Assembly: GCA_036846345.1 (NCBI GenBank)
Contig: DAIUCD010000001.1
Location: forward strand, 330,363 to 394,362
Origin: Spirochaetota bacterium
Lineage (GTDB): Bacteria > Spirochaetota > UBA4802 > JAGODF01
DNA: 64,000 nt
Reading direction: 5' to 3'
Shown here: positions 16,255 to 26,434 of the stretch, in pieces
Position numbering within the stretch: position 1 is the first letter of the stretch
Layout: each line of letters starts with the position of its first letter
Notes under the pieces: model-generated
Databases searched by the model: none
Seen by the model: the letters and a program-made list of their open reading frames with translations, nothing else
Told to the model about the DNA's origin: nothing
Made by a program: the position numbers and the translations under genes

Positions 16255-19155
16255 ATGAAAACTAAGGACAGGGAAAGCATTATTGCCAGGTTATTTAAGC
16301 GTAAAGCCATATCCGATAATCCCGAATCTTCGGAAGCCAGCCGGGAAAACGATTTCACCGGGAAAAAAGGAGTATCCGGCCGAAGTCTTCCGCGGCGTAT
16401 GCTGTTAAAATCCCTGAAAATCCTTTTCGTCTGGATACCGATTGTCCTGGTTGTCCTCATCCTTACGGCCCTTCTGGCGGCCTGGCTTTATCTGACGCCG
16501 GGGCGTGTGGAAAGGCTCATCGTGGAAAATTTTAAGGAGATGTCTAACGGTGATATCTCCCTGAAAGTGGACTCATTCAGCCCCTACAGCGGTTTTGTTA
16601 TGAGGGACATCGTGATACGCAACGGAGAGGAATTCGGCAGGAGCGAGTTCGTAAAAATCGAGCGCCTTGTGCTGAAATACGGTCTCTTCCCTATTCTGAT
16701 CGGCAACATCCGATTCGAGGAAATCGGCATTTACAAACCCAGAATTTACCTGGAAGAAAAAAACGGGATTTGGAACGCCGCCCGACTGATGAAACCCTCT
16801 GAAAAAAAGCCGGAAAAGAAAAAAGAGGAGAAGAAGAAAGAGGAAGAGGAGGGGCCTCCCTCCAAGGAGATCAATCTTCCTGTTTCAGTGGAATTCCTTT
16901 TCAAATTCGTCTTGGATGATCTCAGGGTCTACGCGAAAGGGTCTCAGCTCAAGTCGGCTCTGGAGGGTCTCAGCTTCGGTGTGGATATATGGATTCCTCC
17001 CTTCAAGACCATCCCCAAATCCGTTGAGGCGGTGAAACTCCTGGAACGAATGAAGATAGAGCTAAACCCCAAAGAGGAGATGGACGTGACTTTCTATTCC
17101 AGGGACGCCGACGTATCCCCGCCCCTCATCCTGACCTGGAAACTGCTTTTCAGTAAAAGCGAAAAGGGCAAGCCTCAATTTGAGAGCCGTTTGAAAATGG
17201 GAACCTACAAAACGCCGGTGCGTTTTAAAAGAAGTCATCTGGCCCCATTGAGTTTCATGGTTTCTTATGATGTCTTCTACAATCCCATCAACGATTATCT
17301 CAAACTGAATCATCTGGGAGTCAAGTTCCGCAGCCGGAAATGGCTCTACATGACCGGGGAGGTAAAGAACGTTGCCACCAAACAGGACATCTCCCTTAAA
17401 ATGACAGAAAGCGATATCGCACTCAGCGACCTGTATCCCTACTTCGTTCAGGTGACGGGCAACCGCCGGATGAAATTTGGTGGCAATATCTCCCTTTATC
17501 CCCTGACGATTCAGGGCAATATTCGGGATATTGATATCAACGGCGAACTTAACATGAGGAAAATCCATTTCCGCAACCCCGGTATCGAGGCCTCTATTCC
17601 TTCCTTCAAGCTGGGCTATCAGGTCTTCAAGCGGGGAGACAATATGAAAATCCTCTCCAAACTCAATCTGCCTCACCTCTACTATGCCATGGAGCGCAAC
17701 AAGTCCGGGGACAACGGTTTGAACCTTTCCCTGGATGTTTCCGCCTTTGAAAATTTCCGAAAAGTGGATATCAACAGCATGTCTCTGAGGTTCTATAACC
17801 CGGCAGGGGGAGGAAACGCCCTTGATCTGGGTGTGCGGGGACAGGTTTATCTCAAACCGGAACTGAACGGGAATGTAAAAATTACACGTTTCCTTTTCCG
17901 CAAGCAGCCGCTCATCGGCATGCTTCCCAAGAGTTTCCGCAAGAAACTGGCGAATATACCCCTGAAAAAGCCGGTAAGTATGAGTCTGGATACCGGTTTT
18001 GCCCTGGGAAAAAAGGTCATCAAAGCTGATCTGGGAGTCCTGATAAAGGTCCCTGATTTTGACGTCAATGACGCCGCGATCAAGGTGAGCATTGTGCAGG
18101 ACAATGCAAAAAAGCGTCTGACCATCAACAAACTCTATCTGGGCAGCCGTCAAAAAAATCTGAGCGTGACCGCTGATGGATTTCTCGATATGAAGAAGCC
18201 GCCCTTCTCCAACTCCGATCTGCGGTTGTCTGTCCTCCTGGACATCCCCAAAATGAAAACCATTTACAGCGACTGGAAGATGGCGGGAAAAATCGAATTG
18301 AAGACCCGGGTGACCGGCGACCTAAAGGATGGAAAAGCCTCCGGCACCTTCCGGATCGACCGCTTTTTTGTAAGGAATGACAAGGATAAAACCTCGGTGG
18401 AGGATCTCAACATGAAATTCCCCTTCGAGTATTATTTTACCCCCCGGTACAAGGGGGAATCCCGCATCCTTCTGGACAAGAGCAGCATCATAGACAACGC
18501 CTTCTTCAAGGAGAAGGAAAACTTTACGATTAAAAGCATAAAGGCCAAGCATCCCGCCCGGGATATTTCCTTTGAATATCTTAAGGATTTTTCCGCGACG
18601 ATGTTCTTCCGGGACAACACCTTCGAAATCGTAAAACTCAAGGCCTATGTGCTCGACGGGGCCCTTTACGGACGCGATATACTCTTCAACCTGGCCGACA
18701 TGAAGAAGCAGAATTTTGAGTATAAACTCATCCTCGATGTGACCAATGTGGACATCGGGCGGCTGGATGATCCCGATGTGTCAAAAAAGACCCGGGACGC
18801 GGAGCTTTCCCTGAATGCCAATTTTGTGGGTAAAAACCTCGATTTCAGCAAGGAATTGAACATAAAGGGGTACATCAATATCTACAAGATCGGGGATAAA
18901 TTTGCCAACCGTCTGATGACAGGGCTCAGTACGGAGAAGGGTAAATCCAAGCTGGGGATGGCCCAGTTTGCCGTAGATAATTCCCAGACGGTGAGAAGCT
19001 TCAATTTCAACCTGGACAAGGGTCTGGTGTATGCAACGGTACTATTTGTGAAGAAGGGTGTCTTCGGTTATCTTGTTGGTGTCAAGGATGAGAAAGTGGA
19101 GTTCGAAAGAATGCCGATACAGGAGTATCTCAGAAAGGTTAGGGAGGTGCAGTAA
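16255..19155 (+). CDS. AsmA/YdbH-like inner-membrane-anchored bridge protein
   Basis: Single N-terminal TM helix, then AsmA-like pattern (IRFEEIGIYKPRIYL..NG.WN), long beta-rich body, LDGALYG and LDVTNVDIGRL near the C-terminus; adjacent to DUF1318. Confidence 0.65.
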   Translation: MKTKDRESIIARLFKRKAISDNPESSEASRENDFTGKKGVSGRSLPRRMLLKSLKILFVWIPIVLVVLILTALLAAWLYLTPGRVERLIVENFKEMSNGDISLKVDSFSPYSGFVMRDIVIRNGEEFGRSEFVKIERLVLKYGLFPILIGNIRFEEIGIYKPRIYLEEKNGIWNAARLMKPSEKKPEKKKEEKKKEEEEGPPSKEINLPVSVEFLFKFVLDDLRVYAKGSQLKSALEGLSFGVDIWIPPFKTIPKSVEAVKLLERMKIELNPKEEMDVTFYSRDADVSPPLILTWKLLFSKSEKGKPQFESRLKMGTYKTPVRFKRSHLAPLSFMVSYDVFYNPINDYLKLNHLGVKFRSRKWLYMTGEVKNVATKQDISLKMTESDIALSDLYPYFVQVTGNRRMKFGGNISLYPLTIQGNIRDIDINGELNMRKIHFRNPGIEASIPSFKLGYQVFKRGDNMKILSKLNLPHLYYAMERNKSGDNGLNLSLDVSAFENFRKVDINSMSLRFYNPAGGGNALDLGVRGQVYLKPELNGNVKITRFLFRKQPLIGMLPKSFRKKLANIPLKKPVSMSLDTGFALGKKVIKADLGVLIKVPDFDVNDAAIKVSIVQDNAKKRLTINKLYLGSRQKNLSVTADGFLDMKKPPFSNSDLRLSVLLDIPKMKTIYSDWKMAGKIELKTRVTGDLKDGKASGTFRIDRFFVRNDKDKTSVEDLNMKFPFEYYFTPRYKGESRILLDKSSIIDNAFFKEKENFTIKSIKAKHPARDISFEYLKDFSATMFFRDNTFEIVKLKAYVLDGALYGRDILFNLADMKKQNFEYKLILDVTNVDIGRLDDPDVSKKTRDAELSLNANFVGKNLDFSKELNIKGYINIYKIGDKFANRLMTGLSTEKGKSKLGMAQFAVDNSQTVRSFNFNLDKGLVYATVLFVKKGVFGYLVGVKDEKVEFERMPIQEYLRKVREVQ

Positions 19156-19156
19156 T

Positions 19157-19747
19157 ATGAAATCATTGAGGCCGGTGGTTCTGATGCTTTTATTGGCGGG
19201 TGCCTGTTCCGCTATAGGGTGTGCAACGAGCGGTATCCCCAGCTGCCTGGAAATATCTCCTCCCGAAATCAGCATGACCGGGGAGAAAACGGTCATCGAG
19301 CGTCAGATCGTGGGGGATTACCGGGAGCTTGAGAAGGATGCCTGGATCATCTCCTCTGTGAAAACCAATTCCGGAAAGGGCAAGGGGATCTATGAGAAGG
19401 ACAAGGTGCTCTTCAAGGCCATGAAGATACGGGATGATCTCCGTGACCGGATACGGGTTTATAAAAAAGAGGGAGTTGTCGGTGAGGGGAATGACGGCTA
19501 CCTCAAATATATTGGTACGCCCAGGTACAGCAAGGATAAAAAGCTGAAGGGGAAACTGGATGCCGTTGTCAAGCAGGAGAATGAGGCCCGTAAAATGATC
19601 TTTGTCAGAACCCTGACAAAATCGACTGGTAAGCCATCGGAAAAGGATATAGCCGCCTTTGGTGTGAAGTTCGCTGAGGAGCAGAGGGCTGTTGCCGAAA
19701 AAAATGACTGGATTCAGGATACTTCAGGTAAATGGGAAAGAAAATAA
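19157..19747 (+). CDS. DUF1318 (YdbL-like) lipoprotein
   Basis: Lipobox-like AIGC; KKEGVVGEGNDGYL, V..EN..R..I, F..EQR......WIQ..SGKW are DUF1318-type signatures. ATG at 19157. Confidence 0.8.
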   Translation: MKSLRPVVLMLLLAGACSAIGCATSGIPSCLEISPPEISMTGEKTVIERQIVGDYRELEKDAWIISSVKTNSGKGKGIYEKDKVLFKAMKIRDDLRDRIRVYKKEGVVGEGNDGYLKYIGTPRYSKDKKLKGKLDAVVKQENEARKMIFVRTLTKSTGKPSEKDIAAFGVKFAEEQRAVAEKNDWIQDTSGKWERK

Positions 19748-22700
19748 TGAAACCGAGAACCGTAAGAAGAGCCCTCTTTGCGATTTTACTGATATCTTCC
19801 GTTTTCCTTCCCTCCTGTGAGGACAAGAGCGCCAAAGAGGTGGAGTTCAATTACAGCAAGATATTGCGGAAGGAATACAAGTACAATGTAGGAAAGGTAG
19901 TGCCGGTTACGATCGAGCAGTCTACGGAAATCGACGGGACTGTAACGGCGGATGCCGAATATCTCTATTTTTCTTCGGATCGGGACAACGGCAACTTCGA
20001 CATCTACCTGCGTTCCCTTAAGGATATTACAACGGTTAGAATAACCAGACATCCTTCCAAAGACACGGCTCCGGCCATTTCGCCAAACGGTAAATATCTT
20101 GCCTTTGTTTCGCAAAGGGAAGATCCCGAGGGGGATATCTATGTTGTAAGGGTCAAACCCAAGAAGCTTATAGCGAGTGCTGCGAAATCCATTGCCGATC
20201 TCCCCTCCCTGGACGACAAAGCACGGAATCTGACGCAGTTCCAGGATCCTGCGACCAAGACCGTCCGCATCATCAAGGACAGCTCTCCCTGCTGGTCTCC
20301 TGACGGCGACTGGATCGCCTTTTCCTCGACCCGGGGAAATGGTTTGGAGAACATATGGGTGATGGACCGAAAGGGAAACGATAAAATCCAGATCACGAAA
20401 AAAGGGGGGATGTATCCCCGTTTCTCCGAGGATGGGAAATCCATCATCTACATATCCTACACGGATAAGGGCAGCAATGGGGATGTATATATTGTCGACT
20501 TTAAAACACGGAGGGAGCGTAGAATCACCAATACGAGCGCTATCGAACTGTATCCGTCCTTTATGAAAAACAGCCACGAAATCGTCTATACCCTTATCGA
20601 CCGGGACACCAATGCGGACGGTAAGATCGATCTCAAGGACAACTCCATCCTGTACTACAGAAATCTTAAAACAGGTTTGGAATATCCCCTGACGGTGTAC
20701 TCGAGCTCCTCCTTCGGAGCCAAATGGATCCCCGCCTTTAAGTCTGTGGACAAGGAGTATGATGGAACTCTTCTTTATTCAGATATGATGGGACAGAACA
20801 TCAATATCAATATCATCCCGGAGTACGGCATCATCCCGAAAAAGCGAAATGCCCTCCAGCAGTATATGCTGGCAGAAAAATATATCAAGGAACAGGATGA
20901 CATAGAGAAGTATGTTATGTGCCTGGAACGGGTATACAGTTTCTTCGGTACCCGGAAGGATACTCAGTCCATTATTTTTGTATCCAAGGCACTTATGGAG
21001 GCAGCCAGGCTGTACCATGAATACGGTTATAAAAAGGATGCGGAACGCCTTCATAGGCTTGTTAAATCCCTTTCGCCGGAAAAGAATGACTTTAGGAATA
21101 TCGCAGGCCGTTACCTAGATAAAATCCTTTCCGGAAGATCCGGCAGTGCGGTTCTTCTGGGGGCCATCGGTGATCTTGAGAAGGATACCAAGAGGAAAGA
21201 ATTTCTCCCCTACATGATGGAACAGCTTGGGGATGATTATCTTAACAGCAAAAAAACCGCTGAGGCTCTGAAATGGTACAGAACCGTTGCTGAGAGGCAC
21301 ACGAAATTCGACCGGATCAGGTATGTAGAATACAAAATAGGCGCTCTCTCCTTCCGCAGTGTTCGGGATGAGATTCCGCAGGCCTATCTGAACGTTCTTG
21401 GTTCTGAGTTTGTTTATCTTAAGAACGATACGCTTAAAAACATCATCGATGTCTTCAGCAAAGAGAAGGATCTCAAACTTCAGATAAGGGTTGCTGATAA
21501 ACACCTTAAAAGATTCAAGGACAACAAGTATCTTCCCGGTATTCTCGAATATATTCTCGGAAACGCCTACTATCGCAGCATTGATGTCAAAAATTCCCTG
21601 GAGCATCTTCAGAAATGCCTTAAGCTTGTGAATAAATCCGATCTCACTTTCTACAAGGCCAACAGGCTATTGGGTAAGATCGCAGAAAAGATGAACAGGC
21701 CTGAGGAGATGGAGAGATATTATTACGAGCTCAGTAGTAATTATCAGCTTTACTGGCAGCAGCCCGATTTTCCCCGGGTTCTTATCAAACTTATTTCCCA
21801 CTACGAGAAGCTGGGGGAAAATCTGCGGGGAGCCGGCAGGATTGGAGATGCCGTCAGCCTCTATCAGAAATATGTGGGTATTATCACTTACGTCCATCTG
21901 TTGAAAAAGTATGAGGATATCTATAATGAATACGGTTCCCGGGCACATGTTCTCTATGTCGACACCGCTGCGGAGGGTCGCGGGAACGCCTATAACCGCC
22001 TGAAAAAACTTGAGGATAAGTATATCAAGAGGCTTCCCATTGCCAGGCTGGATTTCGACAAGGCCCATCTCTACGGTCTCGCTTATATCTACTCGAAGAT
22101 GGGGCTGACCTATGACCGGGGGCAGTCCCTGGTGGGAAATCTGAGCGGAGGTCTCGTCGCAGGAGATCTGGAGAACATGCTGAAATGCTTTTATCAGTCC
22201 GTAGAGCAGATCGATTGGGCCCTTTTTATGGACGATACCTATGTGGATCCTTATCTGCTTAAGGGATGGGTCTTCCAGTATGTAGATCTCAAGCGTAAAG
22301 AGGACCAACAAGAAACGGGAGGGAAAAAGGAAGGCGTGATCGGGGATGTGTTCCCAAAATACCTCTGGGAGAGAAACATCGGGATTTATGAAAAAGCTCT
22401 GGGCATCAACGATGAAAAAAAGTATCCGGAAGTGGAGGGCAATCTTCATCTGAACATAGGTAACACCTATTATCTTCTTTCCAATTATCCCAGGGCATTG
22501 CGTCATTATGAGGATGTGCTCAAGTACAAGCTCCATTTCAATACGGAGATCGAGGAGGCGATATATCGCTTCCATCTGGGTTTCTGCTACTGGCAGAACG
22601 ACGAGATAGAAAAGGCCCGGGATGAGATGAACAGGACATTGGGAATCTATCAGCGTCTATCCGCCAAAGAGGGGGCTTCCAAGTATAAGCTGCAGATCTA

Positions 22701-25170
22701 CTATCTGTACCGATACTTCGCTCTTTTCAGTCGTATGGAGGAGAACTATAAAGACGCCATCGCCTGGTTTCAGAAGATTCTTCAATATGCTGACAGCAAC
22801 AAGATCAAGGTGGACCGGGCCCGCTATGTTCAGGAGATCGGATACTGCTATTATGAGATGGGAGATGCTGATAGAGCCCTGGAGTATCTGGACAAGGCGG
22901 AAAAGCTTCTTAAGGACTATAAGGACGACAAGAAGACCTATAAAATGGGTTTTAAAATTTTCGGAATCGGACCTATCCGGTTTTACGATCTGGGTTCCGA
23001 CACGGCGGTTATTGGGGATAATAAGATCTATACCGAGCTGGATACTTTCAATAAAAAGCTGCTCAACCTTGCTCTCCAGGAGGTAATCAATTTCGGCAGG
23101 GGTAACTACCAAAGGGCCATCGAGTTCCTTAAAAAGAAGCTGGAACTCCTGAAAGACCGCAATGACAAGGTAAACCAGGAGGCCCGGATTAGAACCCTGA
23201 ACAATATCGGCTACTGTTATTATATGATGCATGATTATCTTCAGGCAAGGGATTATTTTACACAGGCCTGGGATTATGCGGCAAGTCCGGACGTCAATGA
23301 TCTGGGCGGCATATTCAGCACCATCATGAATATCTCCGATCTCTATGCCTTTCTCATGGATTACAAGCCTATGCTTTTAGCGGAGCCGGAGAAGAGCGTG
23401 AATACCGTCATTCAGAGGATGGTGGCCTATAAGGACAGTTATGAGAAGAATCGTTTTGTTCAGGAAAGGATCAAGCTGGAAGCCGATGCAAAGGCGAAAA
23501 AGCGCACCATAGAGGAAAAGGAGCTGAATGCCCTCAGAAAACGGATTAAAGTAAACGCGCAGAGCATCTATTACAGCATAGACATCGCTGTCGGGATATT
23601 GAAGTGTTATCACGCCGAGCAGATTTATACCCAAAAATCCGGAGGTAAAGGGCTCGATCCCACAGAGTACCATGCCTATAACAAGCAGCTCTTTGATCTG
23701 TATTCCGATGCCAGGAAACGTTTTGAAAACGCCCTGGTAGAGGCGGACAAAAAGATATCCAAGCGTCTGATGGTGAAGCTCCTTTTAAATCTGGGGACAA
23801 CTCAGAAACGGATGGGCATGATTGACGACGCCTATACGAGCTACCTGAACGCGGAAACCATCGGAAAAAACATGGCCTACGAGGACCTGAACTGGGTGGT
23901 CTATCAAAAGCTGGGCAACATTCTCAGGGAGCATGGTCAGGGACTCGAGGGATCCGGATATACGTCCCTGGCAGAGGGGTATTATCTTAAGGCCGTCCGT
24001 CTTGTAAAGACCGAGCCCTATCTTTATATGGATAAGTTTCATCAGGTTTCCGCTCTTATGGATGAGTATGCGGATTTTCTTATACACAAGGGGGCTGTGA
24101 AACGGGCGCTGGAGCAGTTGGAGTTGAAAAGCGCAATCGGCCGAGTTCAGCTGGTCATGAAGGATTTCCCTGATTTTGCAAGAGCCGAGGACAGGAAGAA
24201 TTACAAGCAGTATCGGGATATAACCCGGAGTATCAGTATTTTGAAGAGAATTCTCTCCTCGAAGCTGGAAAAGGGGGAACCCTTGAACTCGGATAAGATT
24301 AAAAAGGTTCAGAAAGATCTGGCAGGATTGCAAAACCAGTTGAAGGGTGTTGTTTCCTCATCCGGTAAGAGCAACCCCTTGTTGAGGAGTTATATCGAGG
24401 TATCGGAAAAACCTCTCAGGGGGCCCAGGGGAAGTGTTGTATATCGTTTCATGGACCAGGGGAATGATGTCTACTGCTGGGAGATCAAGGGGAGTGACAT
24501 CACACTTAACAGGGTTCCCCTGAAAGAAAACCAAAAGGGCGGGGAACGTGATGAGGCCATCAGCAGTTACCTAAAGGGAAGAGCCGGCAGGCTTGGATTG
24601 AAGATATTTATTATTCTGGATGATATGACTGTCCGGATATTCGGCAATGCTCAGAAGATGAAAGGATTTCCTCCTTTCACCTTCGCCTCCTCACTGGACA
24701 GGACCGCTTATTATGCAAGGGTTACCAGTGGCGGCCTTGATAAAATTCTCTTCAATGGAAAGGGGCTAAAAAAAGAAGCGCAATCTTCGGTCTCCCTAAA
24801 GTCCCTCTCAGTGGATGAGCTGGATATCAACAAGGCTGACCCGGCTCGCTATGCAGGATTGATAGACAGCATGCCGGATGACAGGGGTATCAATAGCGGG
24901 TGGCTCTTTAAAAAGAAGACAGCTGCAAAGATCGTCATTAAGAAGAGGGAAAAGATGGATACGGAACAGATCTGTCTCATGGCTGAGGCCTCTCTCTATA
25001 CCGGGGTGCAAACGCTTATGCTGGTGGACAATACAGAGCCTGGGAACATCATAGCCTTGCTGGAGCGTTATAGAACCCGGTCCCCTGCCGGGGCAAAGGT
25101 GCCGCCGAGAGATCGTTTTCAGGGGTACATTGCCATTGGGGTCGGGGAAGGTGGAAACCCGGAGAAGTGA
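19747..25170 (+). CDS. About 1800-aa lipoprotein: TolB/PD40 beta-propeller + TPR array + degenerate CHAT-like C-terminus
   Basis: Lipobox FLPSC; PD40 repeats (PAISPNGKYLAFVS, PCWSPDGDWIAFSS, PRFSEDGKSI); DRDTNADGKIDLKD Ca-loop; many TPRs. TAATG overlap with the upstream gene. Confidence 0.8.
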   Translation: MKPRTVRRALFAILLISSVFLPSCEDKSAKEVEFNYSKILRKEYKYNVGKVVPVTIEQSTEIDGTVTADAEYLYFSSDRDNGNFDIYLRSLKDITTVRITRHPSKDTAPAISPNGKYLAFVSQREDPEGDIYVVRVKPKKLIASAAKSIADLPSLDDKARNLTQFQDPATKTVRIIKDSSPCWSPDGDWIAFSSTRGNGLENIWVMDRKGNDKIQITKKGGMYPRFSEDGKSIIYISYTDKGSNGDVYIVDFKTRRERRITNTSAIELYPSFMKNSHEIVYTLIDRDTNADGKIDLKDNSILYYRNLKTGLEYPLTVYSSSSFGAKWIPAFKSVDKEYDGTLLYSDMMGQNININIIPEYGIIPKKRNALQQYMLAEKYIKEQDDIEKYVMCLERVYSFFGTRKDTQSIIFVSKALMEAARLYHEYGYKKDAERLHRLVKSLSPEKNDFRNIAGRYLDKILSGRSGSAVLLGAIGDLEKDTKRKEFLPYMMEQLGDDYLNSKKTAEALKWYRTVAERHTKFDRIRYVEYKIGALSFRSVRDEIPQAYLNVLGSEFVYLKNDTLKNIIDVFSKEKDLKLQIRVADKHLKRFKDNKYLPGILEYILGNAYYRSIDVKNSLEHLQKCLKLVNKSDLTFYKANRLLGKIAEKMNRPEEMERYYYELSSNYQLYWQQPDFPRVLIKLISHYEKLGENLRGAGRIGDAVSLYQKYVGIITYVHLLKKYEDIYNEYGSRAHVLYVDTAAEGRGNAYNRLKKLEDKYIKRLPIARLDFDKAHLYGLAYIYSKMGLTYDRGQSLVGNLSGGLVAGDLENMLKCFYQSVEQIDWALFMDDTYVDPYLLKGWVFQYVDLKRKEDQQETGGKKEGVIGDVFPKYLWERNIGIYEKALGINDEKKYPEVEGNLHLNIGNTYYLLSNYPRALRHYEDVLKYKLHFNTEIEEAIYRFHLGFCYWQNDEIEKARDEMNRTLGIYQRLSAKEGASKYKLQIYYLYRYFALFSRMEENYKDAIAWFQKILQYADSNKIKVDRARYVQEIGYCYYEMGDADRALEYLDKAEKLLKDYKDDKKTYKMGFKIFGIGPIRFYDLGSDTAVIGDNKIYTELDTFNKKLLNLALQEVINFGRGNYQRAIEFLKKKLELLKDRNDKVNQEARIRTLNNIGYCYYMMHDYLQARDYFTQAWDYAASPDVNDLGGIFSTIMNISDLYAFLMDYKPMLLAEPEKSVNTVIQRMVAYKDSYEKNRFVQERIKLEADAKAKKRTIEEKELNALRKRIKVNAQSIYYSIDIAVGILKCYHAEQIYTQKSGGKGLDPTEYHAYNKQLFDLYSDARKRFENALVEADKKISKRLMVKLLLNLGTTQKRMGMIDDAYTSYLNAETIGKNMAYEDLNWVVYQKLGNILREHGQGLEGSGYTSLAEGYYLKAVRLVKTEPYLYMDKFHQVSALMDEYADFLIHKGAVKRALEQLELKSAIGRVQLVMKDFPDFARAEDRKNYKQYRDITRSISILKRILSSKLEKGEPLNSDKIKKVQKDLAGLQNQLKGVVSSSGKSNPLLRSYIEVSEKPLRGPRGSVVYRFMDQGNDVYCWEIKGSDITLNRVPLKENQKGGERDEAISSYLKGRAGRLGLKIFIILDDMTVRIFGNAQKMKGFPPFTFASSLDRTAYYARVTSGGLDKILFNGKGLKKEAQSSVSLKSLSVDELDINKADPARYAGLIDSMPDDRGINSGWLFKKKTAAKIVIKKREKMDTEQICLMAEASLYTGVQTLMLVDNTEPGNIIALLERYRTRSPAGAKVPPRDRFQGYIAIGVGEGGNPEK

Positions 25171-25193
25171 TCATGGTGTTTAAGAGATAGAAT

Positions 25194-26390
25194 ATGGCCC
25201 AAGAGGAAAAAATATTAGTCATCGACGATGATGAGATGGTTAACGATGTTCTCACCTTCATTCTTGAGGAGGAGTTTTCAGTCAAGAGTTATCTTAATGC
25301 CGAAGACGCTCTAAACAAGGAGGAGATAAGCAAGATCGATGTAATCATCACGGACGTCAATCTTCCCGGGATGGACGGCATAGAGTTTTTGAAAAAAGTT
25401 CATTCCGTCGATGCCAACATACCTGTAATCGTAGTAACGGGGTTCAACGATATAGATGTCGCTATCTCGGCGCTGAAAAACGGCGCTTTCGATTTTATCC
25501 TGAAGCCTTTTAAAAACGATCAGATTACCCTTTCTGTAAACAAGGCCATGGAACGGCGCCGCCTTCTCCATGAAAAAAATCGCCTTATGGAGGAACTTCA
25601 GAAGAAGAATACGGAACTGGAGATCCTCAACAAGAAGATACAGGCAAGGAACCTTGAGATAGAAAACGAACTCGACATCGCAAGCAACCTGCAGAAATGC
25701 ATTTTCCCTGTGGTGTTTCCGGAAATCCAGAAGTTTCAATTTGCCTTAAAGTTTCATCCCGTGGAAAAAATCAGCGGCGATTTTTTCGATTTCATCATCT
25801 CCGATCAGAACCATTTCGCTTTTGTCTTTGGAGATGTTTCGGGGCATGGGGTTCCGGCTGCTCTTTATTCCGCCATGGTGAAAACAGCGATCAGCACGGT
25901 CATGAAAAACACGAAATCACCTTCTCAGACCATATCGGAGATGAACAAATTCCTTATCCAGTCCCAGCGAAAAATGAGTTACAATTATGCGACGGTCTTT
26001 TACGGAGCCTTCGATCTCGAGAGGAATAAGCTCATTTACTGCAATGCAGGGATTCCCTCGCCCATCATCATCAGAGATGGCGGCGATGTGGATTTGCTGG
26101 AACCTAATGGTCCCTTTGTTGGTATATTCGACACCTCTGTCTATGAGGAAGTGGAAGTAGACATTAAACCGGGGGATAAGATCATTTTCTATACCGATGG
26201 GAGCTATGAGTGCACCAACAGTGAGGAGGAGCTCCTGGGACAAAAGAATTTCCTGGAATTCCTTTGGAGGATCAAAGCCAAGGGGATGCATGCTATAGTT
26301 ACGGATCTCTTTTCCGAGGTGGAGCTGTTTTGCGCCAATGAGCGTTATGTGGATGATATTACCATACTTGGCATGTATTATAATTCGTAG
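25194..26390 (+). CDS. Response regulator + SpoIIE/RsbU-type PP2C phosphatase
   Basis: Canonical receiver (VIDDD, ITDVNLPGMDG, FILKPF); PP2C motifs SGDFFD, GDVSGHGVPAAL, FYTDG, DDITIL. Confidence 0.93.
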   Translation: MAQEEKILVIDDDEMVNDVLTFILEEEFSVKSYLNAEDALNKEEISKIDVIITDVNLPGMDGIEFLKKVHSVDANIPVIVVTGFNDIDVAISALKNGAFDFILKPFKNDQITLSVNKAMERRRLLHEKNRLMEELQKKNTELEILNKKIQARNLEIENELDIASNLQKCIFPVVFPEIQKFQFALKFHPVEKISGDFFDFIISDQNHFAFVFGDVSGHGVPAALYSAMVKTAISTVMKNTKSPSQTISEMNKFLIQSQRKMSYNYATVFYGAFDLERNKLIYCNAGIPSPIIIRDGGDVDLLEPNGPFVGIFDTSVYEEVEVDIKPGDKIIFYTDGSYECTNSEEELLGQKNFLEFLWRIKAKGMHAIVTDLFSEVELFCANERYVDDITILGMYYNS

Positions 26391-26434
26391 TCCCGTTGAC
26401 GATCTGTAAAAGAGAGGTGGTGATCTTGCACAGG

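Noticed and set aside
16795-16860. A/G-rich repetitive stretch
   Set aside because: Encodes a Lys/Glu-rich linker (EKKPEKKKEEKKKEEEE) in the AsmA-like protein; not a DNA repeat element.
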